Positions 8,938 through 16,995 of a stretch of 44,628 bases of DNA are shown here, one piece after another. Made by a program: the position numbers and the translations under genes. The stretch comes from a virus: UHGV virus genome UHGV-0097092; one strand, 5' to 3'. Positions within the stretch are counted from its first letter, which is position 1, and every line of letters starts with the position of its first letter. A model generated the notes under the pieces. The model did not search any database, was not told the DNA's origin, and was given only the letters and a program-made list of their open reading frames with translations.

Positions 8938-9650
8938 TGGTTGCCTCCTTTGCGAAGCTGGTCGGCGAACAAACGTACACCAGACGCTTCACTGCGTAGA
9001 AACTTAACGGCATAATCAAAACCACCTCGTTCTGCGTCGTCTGCTGCGTTGTCGAGGTTATCTGCGTACATCTCTACCCCCTGCGCACGCACTTCAGCCA
9101 GGAAAGCGTCGGTGGCTGGGGTTTCAACACGGATGCTGTCGCGCAAGATGAAAAATGCATTGAGCATTCCTGTCTCTGGCACTTCATCCTGATGCTTCTC
9201 ATACGCATCAAGAGCCTTCATCATCTCAGCTCCGAATGGTTGAGGGTGCACAGACTTCAGCTCCGCATTCTCCGCCGCCAGCACCACGCGTTCGCTCTCC
9301 AGTTCTGCAATGCGCTGTTTTGCGGCATCAAGTTCAATCGATAATTTTTCCAACTGCTCTTTATGCTTCTTGTATTCCTGATATGCGTGCCAAGACTGAC
9401 CTTTGCGCACACTATCCGTGATATCAGTAATCTGTTCTGGTGTTAGCGTGGTCAGTGGCTGTGCTGGGAAAATCAGCACTTTGCCGGAATCCCAATCAAA
9501 ACCAGCGTGAATTGACTGAACCTCAACTGATGGTGTTGAACCGATGCGACCAGGCGAATGAACAACGATCGTTACATCCATATCGCGACGATGGCTGTGG
9601 TTGTTGGACAAAATACGATTCACCAACTCAGAAAATTTGGAAAATTTCAT
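8934..9650 (-). CDS. Ead/Ea22-like protein (start taken at ATG 9650)
   Basis: shares the C-terminal module and the 3' junction sequence cactggttgcctcctttgcgaagctg with 5741..6358; ATGA overlap with the upstream gene. Confidence 0.55.
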   Translation of the reverse strand: MKFSKFSELVNRILSNNHSHRRDMDVTIVVHSPGRIGSTPSVEVQSIHAGFDWDSGKVLIFPAQPLTTLTPEQITDITDSVRKGQSWHAYQEYKKHKEQLEKLSIELDAAKQRIAELESERVVLAAENAELKSVHPQPFGAEMMKALDAYEKHQDEVPETGMLNAFFILRDSIRVETPATDAFLAEVRAQGVEMYADNLDNAADDAERGGFDYAVKFLRSEASGVRLFADQLRKGGNQ

Positions 9651-10009
9651 GCTGATTCCCTTTGCTCTTCCTGGATAATGTTGTTGCAATCTTTCACGCA
9701 CTCGTTGCAGATGAAGACGTTGTCCCCGGCAATTAACTTTTTAACGGTGTGCTGGGATTTGTTGCAGAAGCTGCAATAAAGCGTTGGACTGGTTGATACG
9801 GATGGTGCGCCAGATGTCAGCCGCGCGATGTCGTTCTTGCGACGCAATATCACACGGCTGAACTCAACCAGCTTCTCCGGGGATATATCCTCCTCCGTAG
9901 CGAGCGTTTCTAATCGTTCGAGTATGTGGAAGGCTTTTTCCTGGGTAATCCTGGGTAATTCAGCGTTACGCTCTGCCAGTTGTGCGGGCGTTAAACCTTC
10001 AGACTTCAT
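9647..10009 (-). CDS. protein with C-terminal ClpX-type C4 zinc-finger domain
   Basis: [39 protein letters not shown] closely parallels the ClpX N-terminal zinc-binding domain. Confidence 0.6.
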   Translation of the reverse strand: MKSEGLTPAQLAERNAELPRITQEKAFHILERLETLATEEDISPEKLVEFSRVILRRKNDIARLTSGAPSVSTSPTLYCSFCNKSQHTVKKLIAGDNVFICNECVKDCNNIIQEEQRESA

Positions 10010-10316
10010 GCACTCTCCTTTCGAAATAAACGTACTGATTAATCATGCCCAGGGGCATTTCGAGTTTTTCCGCGATCTCACGGCGGGGAACGCCGCATTG
10101 ATGAAGTTGCCGCGCCAGCTCTATATCGCTCTGCCGATATTTGGCTGACTGGTGAAAGTCACCTTTCAGAATCATTCTGATCCCCAGTTCCCGCGCTTTA
10201 GTCCTGACAGCATCTCCGGTACGCCCGATCAGCCTCCCAATACTCTCGACCGTCATAGTTCCGGCGCACTGGCGGAGTATCATGATTTCTGCCCTTCCCC
10301 ATCCCCGCCAGCTCAC
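9999..10316 (-). CDS. small DNA-binding (helix-turn-helix-like) protein
   Basis: 105 aa; HTH-like segment [26 protein letters not shown]. Confidence 0.45.
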   Translation of the reverse strand: MSWRGWGRAEIMILRQCAGTMTVESIGRLIGRTGDAVRTKARELGIRMILKGDFHQSAKYRQSDIELARQLHQCGVPRREIAEKLEMPLGMINQYVYFERRVHEV

Positions 10317-10936
10317 GCCGACATCCTCTGAGACATAAACTCCACAAAACGAACTGCATCTTCAGAAACAACGCCGCATGACTTCAGATAATTCATTGCG
10401 TCATTAGGTAGCGGATTAGTTGGTTCGGCATTTGCCAGGGATTGAGATAAACGCGTGATTAATTTGACCATTCTCCGCTGTCGGAGGTTGTATCCTTCGG
10501 CTAAAGACAGGTAACTGGAAAGGGTATTGCTTAGGCGAGCGCGAAGCTGATCCGTGCCGTGACATTCAATAGCAACATCACGTAACGCATCGACCAGTTC
10601 GCGGTAAATATGCGCTGCCATTCTGCAATCTGTGTCAGATGGCGCTTCATAAATTACCGTCAGCTCCAGTTTTTCAGCCAGGGCGTGTTCTGCTCGTGCT
10701 CCTGCGGACGCTTCCCAGCCCTTAAGCAGATAGATAGCATCAGCAGAACGCACCATTGCCAGGCAAATATCCATGTATTCACTCTGACAAAGGCCACCAG
10801 GTAACACCGCTGGATTCAGAACGATATGCCCTTCAGCCGTCAGCTCACTCGCCTTCGCATTAAACGCCGCGCGGTTGTAATCTGGATAACCAGTCATCGG
10901 ACCCGCGATGTAAATTTTCAAAACACGTTTCACCAT
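10313..10936 (-). CDS. DUF4406 / nucleoside 2-deoxyribosyltransferase-like protein
   Basis: start MVKRVLKIYIAGPMTGYPDYN; IAGPMTG motif typical of the NDT-like fold; extra C-terminal region. Confidence 0.5.
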   Translation of the reverse strand: MVKRVLKIYIAGPMTGYPDYNRAAFNAKASELTAEGHIVLNPAVLPGGLCQSEYMDICLAMVRSADAIYLLKGWEASAGARAEHALAEKLELTVIYEAPSDTDCRMAAHIYRELVDALRDVAIECHGTDQLRARLSNTLSSYLSLAEGYNLRQRRMVKLITRLSQSLANAEPTNPLPNDAMNYLKSCGVVSEDAVRFVEFMSQRMSA

Positions 10937-11091
10937 CAAAATTTCCCCAGCATCGTGACGCAAAACATAAGCACTGCAAAAAGCTCAATACCAAGCTCAA
11001 GTAGCGCCAACGCGCCGAAAAACAGCACATAAAACAGGCCGATCTCATTCACAGGTGGCTGGTGGATCGCACTTAAGGCTATAAGCATCAT
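10936..11091 (-). CDS. small hydrophobic membrane protein (51 aa), first gene of the leftward array; my own ORF call
   Basis: GGAGG upstream; MMLIALSAIHQPPVNEIGLFYVLFFGALALLELGIELFAVLMFCVTMLGKF; stop overlaps next start as TGATG. Confidence 0.35.
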   Translation of the reverse strand: MMLIALSAIHQPPVNEIGLFYVLFFGALALLELGIELFAVLMFCVTMLGKF

Positions 11092-11130
11092 GTCCTCCAA
11101 ACAGTAAACAGCGACTGATATTAATGTTTT

Positions 11131-11163
11131 ATGTTAGAAAATCAATTTTGAATATCTAACAAA
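11131..11163. promoter_or_regulatory. promoter-operator-like palindromic motif, copy B (divergent region)
   Basis: ATGTTAGAAAATCAATTTTGAATATCTAACAAA between the leftward array and the ref-like gene. Confidence 0.45.
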
Positions 11164-11209
11164 TATGATCAATCATAAAAAAATCGCTGATAAGTAAGAG
11201 GCAGCCAAC

Positions 11210-11788
11210 ATGCAGAGACAGAGTTATTGGGAGAAACAGAGACAAAAAGCCATGCAAAAACTGGCTGATCCGGAATGGCGGGAAGAGCAAAGGGCAAAAC
11301 GTCTTCAGCAGGCTCAACGCCAGCAGCAACGCGCAAGGGAAAAAGCCGCATCGCCTGAATATCGTCAAAAGAAACTTGAAAAAGTGAGGCAAAGTGAACA
11401 GCGCAGAAGAGAGAGGGCGGCGTCAGCCCTCCCCAAAAAAACGCGCCCGTCACGCGGATTAAAAGGGAGATCACTCACAGCAGAAGAGCGCCGGATACAG
11501 GACGCTATAGGCAAACTCCCCTGTATTGCCTGCCATCTTCACGGGAAGCATAGCCCTGTCGTATCTCTCCACCACATATTTGGCAGAACGGCTAAAGATG
11601 CCCATAAATACGTTCTCCCTTTGTGTAAATGGCACCACCAGCACGCAGCGCCAGCAGAGATCCGCGAACAATATCCCTGGTTGGTTCCTGTTCATGCTGA
11701 TGGAAAAATAGGCGGGAAAGCAGATTTTATACGGCACAATGCCGAAGAGATGACGCTCTATCAGACGGTGCAAGAAATGGTGAATTAA
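11210..11788 (+). CDS. ref: Ref-like HNH-type recombination enhancement protein
   Basis: basic Gln/Arg-rich N-terminal region plus C-terminal Cys/His core (LPCIACHLHG...LPLCKWHH), matching the P1 Ref architecture. Confidence 0.55.
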   Translation: MQRQSYWEKQRQKAMQKLADPEWREEQRAKRLQQAQRQQQRAREKAASPEYRQKKLEKVRQSEQRRRERAASALPKKTRPSRGLKGRSLTAEERRIQDAIGKLPCIACHLHGKHSPVVSLHHIFGRTAKDAHKYVLPLCKWHHQHAAPAEIREQYPWLVPVHADGKIGGKADFIRHNAEEMTLYQTVQEMVN

Positions 11789-11812
11789 TTTTCTAACATT
11801 TTATGTTGAGTT
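11789..11812. promoter_or_regulatory. degenerate reverse copy of the operator-like motif, copy C
   Basis: TTTTCTAACATTTTATGTTGAG immediately after the ref-like stop. Confidence 0.3.
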
Positions 11813-11916
11813 TGAAATTTACTGATTGTACATTTTGATTAGATTGGTTCACCGCTCGACGCAACGAGACAAATCCTCAAGGATTTCGTATGATTGCCAA
11901 TGTCATAGTTATGGCA

Positions 11917-11975
11917 GCGCAATACAGGTGGCTAAAAGCCCCCGTTGACTCACGGTGTTCCAACCTGTATTGCGC
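11917..11975. repeat. perfect 13-bp inverted repeat GCGCAATACAGGT / ACCTGTATTGCGC with a 33-nt spacer
   Basis: read directly; embedded in a possible 35-aa ORF (11891 onward). Confidence 0.5.
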
Positions 11976-12119
11976 CGCCACCAGACCGTGGAACAGTCTG
12001 TGACGGCTTCGAAAGCAAGGAGTCACTATGAACAATTACAAACTTTTCCCATCACTCACCGTCTACTCACGCAATAACCTGCGTTCTTTGCTCCCATCAA
12101 AACTGGAGGGAGTATCAAA

Positions 12120-12287
12120 ATGACCGTTCGCTACCTGAATTATCAAATCCAGAACATCACTGGCGGTTGCTATGACTGGTTTGTCACTCTCGGAAAAGAA
12201 GTGATTACAGGGAAACTGGATGAAGTGAAAGCTAAGGCGTTGGCTTATGCCTGTAAACAATCCATGAAAATGAAAAGAAAAAAATAA
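12120..12287 (+). CDS. small hypothetical protein (55 aa), my own ORF call
   Basis: GGAGGG 7 nt upstream of ATG; MTVRYLNYQIQNITGGCYDWFVTLGKEVITGKLDEVKAKALAYACKQSMKMKRKK. Confidence 0.35.
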   Translation: MTVRYLNYQIQNITGGCYDWFVTLGKEVITGKLDEVKAKALAYACKQSMKMKRKK

Positions 12288-12344
12288 CAATGGGAACAAT
12301 CCGCCCCACTCCGCTATAAGGTGGGGCGGCATAATTAATACTGG

Positions 12345-12737
12345 TTAAAACTCACCTGCACGCTGTTTTTCAAGCACAGATTTAACATTTGGCGCTTTAC
12401 CCTCAAAAGAATGGAAAGTGCCACATTTTTCTGTCTTCACCTCGCGCAGAGCTTCGCCATCGGCATTCTGCCATTGATGGGATAATGTCATATCACCGCG
12501 AGAAGGAACATCAAGCGAGTACAGCGTATAAGTGCCTCCCATCTCTGCATATTCCTGGAACACATAACTCATTACGTCAGATTCAGTTTTACGATGTGCG
12601 TTATCGACCTTATTCCCGTTCAGAAATATAGCGTTTGGATAGATTTTTATATCAAACTGACCGCATTTCACTTGCAGATTCCCAGCGTCTGCCAGCAAAG
12701 GAAAAGCAGCCAATAAAGCAATAGCCAATCTTTTCAA
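12345..12737 (-). CDS. exported protein of unknown function
   Basis: 130 aa with signal peptide MKRLAIALLAAFPLLADA. Confidence 0.5.
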   Translation of the reverse strand: MKRLAIALLAAFPLLADAGNLQVKCGQFDIKIYPNAIFLNGNKVDNAHRKTESDVMSYVFQEYAEMGGTYTLYSLDVPSRGDMTLSHQWQNADGEALREVKTEKCGTFHSFEGKAPNVKSVLEKQRAGEF

Positions 12738-12757
12738 TTCTGCCTCCGCTGCGTAAC

Positions 12758-13381
12758 TTATTGCCCGTATTTTTTACACCATTGCTCTGCCATTTGTTTG
12801 GCTAAAGGCCCGGCTACTGCACTGTATTCTGCTGTTTTACTTTGCACACATGAAGCAGATGGTTTTTTATTTCGCTGCTCGGTTAGTTTGCGCTCATAAG
12901 CCATCATGCTATCGAACCCGGCAATATCACTTTGGCGAAGCATTCCCTTTTTAACCAAAAATTGCTGCCCCTCTGGCACCAACGCAAGCATAAAAAGTGG
13001 TTGCAATAACTCACCTAATCCTTGCTGGCGATACACTTCGAATTGCTGCCATCCCTGACTTAATCTGGAAAGAGTATCTTTGGTTGAATAACCTGTTTTT
13101 GTTATAGCTTTGTCCGTCAGATATGCTGTATATGCAAAAACGCAAAAGTCAGTTTTACCAATAAACTGAGTTCCAACAGGCCGTAATGGAATGCCCTCCC
13201 TCTTGCAAAAGTCCATAATGGCCGCTTGTGAATGATCCCCACCAGCGTTATTCATAACCTGCTGCCCTGCCCTGAATTGTGCAGGTAACGCAGTTGCATT
13301 GGCAGTATTAGCAGATACGCATCCCAACATAGCCGCGAGCGCGGCCCCTAAAACCCTTAACTTCACTACACCATCCTTCAT
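12758..13381 (-). CDS. exported protein of unknown function
   Basis: 207 aa with N-terminal signal peptide. Confidence 0.5.
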   Translation of the reverse strand: MKDGVVKLRVLGAALAAMLGCVSANTANATALPAQFRAGQQVMNNAGGDHSQAAIMDFCKREGIPLRPVGTQFIGKTDFCVFAYTAYLTDKAITKTGYSTKDTLSRLSQGWQQFEVYRQQGLGELLQPLFMLALVPEGQQFLVKKGMLRQSDIAGFDSMMAYERKLTEQRNKKPSASCVQSKTAEYSAVAGPLAKQMAEQWCKKYGQ

Positions 13382-13597
13382 GTAAACAAAATGAAGTTTT
13401 ATGTTATAAAAACAATTAACTACATCAACATGATTTAGGCCAAATTTCGGTCAAAAAATAAAATCCACAAAAAGTGGTTGACACTATTTTGGAAATCACA
13501 AACTGCACATAATCCATCGCGCTAACGGCTCCCGTTGAAGGTTCTTTTGACGATTAACTTTCAGCCGAAGCGCGGTAGGGAGTCATAACGCCAAAGC

Positions 13598-13622
13598 AGG
13601 CCGCCATGTGCGGCCTTTTTTT
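13598..13622 (+). terminator. intrinsic terminator-like hairpin plus T7 run on the plus strand, 28 bp upstream of the next start
   Basis: stem aggccgc/gcggcct, loop catgt, then ttttttt. Confidence 0.5.
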
Positions 13623-13649
13623 GTATCCGTCATCCGTGGAGGAAGGACA

Positions 13650-14303
13650 ATGGAAAAGATCGCAATATTCAGCCTGACCACCAGCAAGCCTCAAATGCTC
13701 ACTGCAATACTGAAAGACGGTGCTCTCATTATTAACGAAGTAAAACCCCTTCCCGCGTCAGCATTGGAGCAAAAGCAAAAAATTCCTCCAGCTATAGCAG
13801 CCCTGCGGAAAAGCAAATTTAAGGTACTGGTAGACGAAATTACGCCAACGATCTCCGCTGGCACCGGAGCAAGCCAGGTTACTCTCAAGACCCGTCATGC
13901 CGATGGCAGAGCAGCAATCATCGTCGGGATGGAAAGATACAGAGAGTTAAAACTCCAGAAGCTATTATCCCTGCCGCAAAATAACAAAGGTGCTTTCGAA
14001 ATCCCTGACTCCATCGTTGACACCGAATACAACGGTAACGGAGAAGAAGTCTACCGGGTGAACTGGCAGGATATCAGGCCGGAACATATTCTGATGGTCC
14101 TGTGTTGCTACGCGACCGTATACCACAACGTTGCCAGTGCAGATTACGTAGAGCAGATGACCGGCACAGTCGAGAAAGAGCAAAAAACAGGCATACTCGC
14201 TTCGTTCCTGTCCATTATTGGGCATGAAAAAGTTGAAGCAGGCACCTCCCAGCCAAAGTCACTGGCTGGGAAAGAAGTTGATGAAGATACCGTGATACTT
14301 TGA
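13650..14303 (+). CDS. hypothetical protein (218 aa)
   Basis: ATG with GGAGGAAGG upstream; no recognised domain. Confidence 0.5.
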   Translation: MEKIAIFSLTTSKPQMLTAILKDGALIINEVKPLPASALEQKQKIPPAIAALRKSKFKVLVDEITPTISAGTGASQVTLKTRHADGRAAIIVGMERYRELKLQKLLSLPQNNKGAFEIPDSIVDTEYNGNGEEVYRVNWQDIRPEHILMVLCCYATVYHNVASADYVEQMTGTVEKEQKTGILASFLSIIGHEKVEAGTSQPKSLAGKEVDEDTVIL

Positions 14304-14631
14304 TCACATTAGTAGCTTTGTTAACTCCCTCAATACCAGGTAGAAGAGTAACAAAAATATTGACGCCAGTATTTGAGTGGACAATGAAGCGTTCATAAAC
14401 AGATCAATTAGCATTAATAATTCGAAGATAACATCCATGTCATTCACTCCGTTTAATTTTTAATCTAATGCCAGCAAATGAAGCTGGCCCCCGCATAAAG
14501 ATTAATGAAAGTCACTTGTCACCAGTGAGGGGATTTATGAACCACATCCCCCTGAACTGGTGGCCAGTCTGTTTCTCGCATTTCACACCCTGCATACAGT
14601 TTCCACCAGGTTATGACTGAGAGGCTTTGTT

Positions 14632-14961
14632 ATGGGCTATAGCAGACTCGACGATAGGTACATTGAAGACGATATTTTTCGTGCGCTGTTTCACCAGGAA
14701 ATGATTAAGCGGGTATCGGAGTATCACTCTGATAATTTCCAGTACACGATAAAGATTGATGAAGTATATCGTTCAGACCTTGCAGCCTACAGGGCGTATG
14801 GCAATGCAGATTTGCGCTGGGTATTCCGGGTGCTGGTGGGCCATGAGTCAGAAATGGAAGAAATGCCCGCCGGGACCACGTTAACTCTTCCTGATGTCGC
14901 ATGGCTGAGGAACAAGATCCGTGATTACGCGAGCGCGGAACCGGAGATAGAAAATGCCTGA
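14632..14961 (+). CDS. hypothetical protein (109 aa)
   Basis: ORF with GAGAGG upstream; 8-bp overlap with the next gene. Confidence 0.45.
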   Translation: MGYSRLDDRYIEDDIFRALFHQEMIKRVSEYHSDNFQYTIKIDEVYRSDLAAYRAYGNADLRWVFRVLVGHESEMEEMPAGTTLTLPDVAWLRNKIRDYASAEPEIENA

Positions 14962-16150
14962 TTTCCTGAAAAACCAGGACGGGCGCTATATCACTGATGG
15001 CCTGTCCTCTAAGGACTTCACGCGTTTATTCGACCTTATCAGTAAAGAACAAACCCGTAAGCGCCGACAAGCTCACCGGACGCTGACGCCCGGCAGACTG
15101 AGGAACAAATCCGCCGAAGATATTCTCAAGTTGGGGAAGAAGAAAGGCGGCACGTTCTTTACGCGAGACGATCTGAAAGGCTTCGAAAAGCTACGGAGTA
15201 AAACGCGCGAAAAATATGACAGTAAGACGGCAGGCATCACATACGCCCAGCTGGTGGCATCCAGCCAGGCTATCGATATTAAGCGTGCAAATAACGCCGT
15301 GGATGACGGATCTGGTATCAAAAGAGCTACACCCGTATCTCTTCGCCACAATGTGATTAATATCCGCGTAGAAGCATCGGATATATCCGTCCACCAGCAC
15401 CATATCGTCCGTATACGCTTTGAAGAATGGGATCAGATGGTCGATGACATCGCAGAAGACGATAAATCAGCTCTGAAAATCACTAAATCACTGTGCGCCG
15501 GGCGGGTGTCTTTCGATTGTGACTGTGGTCGTCATCAATACTGGTATCGTTACATCGCTACTGCGGGTAACTTTGCCTTGGCCCCGCCAAAAGAATACGC
15601 CTATCCAAAAGTTCGTAACCCTAAGCTACAAGGCGTCGCCTGTAAACACGTGATCCACTCAATGACGCGGTTACAGTCCGCCAGTTGGCAAATGAGTATT
15701 GCTCGTGCGTTACAAAAGGCCGCAACGCAAATTGCATTTGGTGACGATCGCCGCCGTACAACTAAACACTTCTCAAAAGAAGACGAGAAGGAGTTTAATC
15801 GCAATCGTAGCAGTAAAACGAACGTTGAAGCCGCCAAACGCGAATGGAGGCTCTATCAGAAACGCCAGGCCGCTTTAAGCACAAAACTGGCAAAGGACAA
15901 CGGGAAGATTGACAAGCTACGTGACCAGCTGACCAGGGCCAGAAAGTTGTCCGATGCACAGAAAAAACGGGCAGCAGCAAAAGAAGCAGCCTTGCAACGT
16001 GAGAAACAGAAAAACAAGGAGCTTCAGCAACGCCTTGCCGATCAATTCGCACTGAAGAAGCAAGCGTTCATTGATGCACTGGTCATGGCAGGAACGTCAC
16101 CTGAGCAAGCTGAAAAAATGTTTATGGAGTACGTGAAGAAAGGTTCTTGA
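14954..16150 (+). CDS. hypothetical protein with CxC...CxH (SWIM-like) metal-binding motif and C-terminal coiled-coil/basic tail
   Basis: 398 aa; FDCDCGRH ... CKHVIH; C-terminal KR/Q-rich heptad-like region. Confidence 0.5.
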   Translation: MPDFLKNQDGRYITDGLSSKDFTRLFDLISKEQTRKRRQAHRTLTPGRLRNKSAEDILKLGKKKGGTFFTRDDLKGFEKLRSKTREKYDSKTAGITYAQLVASSQAIDIKRANNAVDDGSGIKRATPVSLRHNVINIRVEASDISVHQHHIVRIRFEEWDQMVDDIAEDDKSALKITKSLCAGRVSFDCDCGRHQYWYRYIATAGNFALAPPKEYAYPKVRNPKLQGVACKHVIHSMTRLQSASWQMSIARALQKAATQIAFGDDRRRTTKHFSKEDEKEFNRNRSSKTNVEAAKREWRLYQKRQAALSTKLAKDNGKIDKLRDQLTRARKLSDAQKKRAAAKEAALQREKQKNKELQQRLADQFALKKQAFIDALVMAGTSPEQAEKMFMEYVKKGS

Positions 16151-16184
16151 TTGACAACAAAGGCGGTCATACAGACCGCCAAAC

Positions 16185-16544
16185 TCATACACCAACCAGG
16201 CTTTCAAGAGGAATGCCAAACTGGGAATGTAAACGACGAATCATAGGTAACGTTAAATTTCGTGTCCCATTTAGCACTTCGTAAACACGATTTGACTTAC
16301 CAATCGCCGGTTCCAGATCCTTCACGGTCAGCCCTTGCTGTTCCATACGGAATTTAATGGCTTCAATAGGTGATGGTGGCTCAATTGGGTAATGCTTTTT
16401 CTCGTACTCTTCAATGAGCAGGCACATTACTTCAAAGAAATCGCCTTCCGGTGTGTTCATTTCCGGTTCGTTATCGAACATCGGTTCGACCGCACGCAGT
16501 GCGGCCTCATAATCTTGTTCTGTACGGATAGGTTTAATGTTCAT
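16185..16544 (-). CDS. higA: HigA-family antitoxin (XRE-type HTH)
   Basis: C-terminal HTH IGKSNRVYEVLNGTRNLTLPMIRRLHSQFGIP; sits directly downstream of the HigB-like toxin gene. Confidence 0.65.
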   Translation of the reverse strand: MNIKPIRTEQDYEAALRAVEPMFDNEPEMNTPEGDFFEVMCLLIEEYEKKHYPIEPPSPIEAIKFRMEQQGLTVKDLEPAIGKSNRVYEVLNGTRNLTLPMIRRLHSQFGIPLESLVGV

Positions 16545-16547
16545 GAT

Positions 16548-16850
16548 TTACTCCAGTTCTATTGTATCAGCTTCAATGGCATCGTATTCCTTATGTGTTC
16601 CAATAAACTTAACGAACATCCATCCTCGCTGATAAGCAATTGCGACAATTAACCTGTAATCATTTCCCTTAATATTGAACACCACGCGCCTGTTTTTAAG
16701 GATGCTGGCTGTCCGGTACTGTTCTTTGATCTCAGCCGGATTTTTCCAGTCAGCCTTTGTTGCTTCATCAACCCATGCCTTTAATGGCTGTTCTGCATCG
16801 GGATTCTTCGCCCAGAAATCCCTTAGTGTTTTTACCGAAATTATTTTCAT
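16548..16850 (-). CDS. higB: HigB-family (RelE/ParE-fold) toxin
   Basis: start MKIISVKTL; VFNIKGNDYRLIVAIAY...FVKFIGTHKEYD pattern typical of HigB. Confidence 0.65.
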   Translation of the reverse strand: MKIISVKTLRDFWAKNPDAEQPLKAWVDEATKADWKNPAEIKEQYRTASILKNRRVVFNIKGNDYRLIVAIAYQRGWMFVKFIGTHKEYDAIEADTIELE

Positions 16851-16878
16851 CACAGATTCCTTCTCGCTGAAAGTATAG

Positions 16879-16926
16879 TAGTCCCAATATGGGACAATGT
16901 AAAGCACTTTAGTCCCATGTTGGGAT
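16879..16926. promoter_or_regulatory. two palindromic operator-like sites upstream of higB
   Basis: TAGTCCCAATATGGGACA and TAGTCCCATGTTGGGATA flanking an AT-rich promoter-like stretch. Confidence 0.45.
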
Positions 16927-16995
16927 ATGAATTGAAATCACAATCTCCAGACAATGCACCCTCGATACCTGATAAATCGACCTTTGAGGATGCTT

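Noticed and set aside
11156-11773. Three minus-strand ORFs (78, 101 and 100 aa) overlapping the ref-like gene
   Set aside because: Antisense shadows of the ref-like CDS; low-complexity Leu/Phe-rich translations.
12063-12332. 89-aa minus-strand ORF
   Set aside because: Replaced by a plus-strand 55-aa ORF (12120..12287) with a strong GGAGGG RBS; the minus-strand frame has no RBS and an odd composition.
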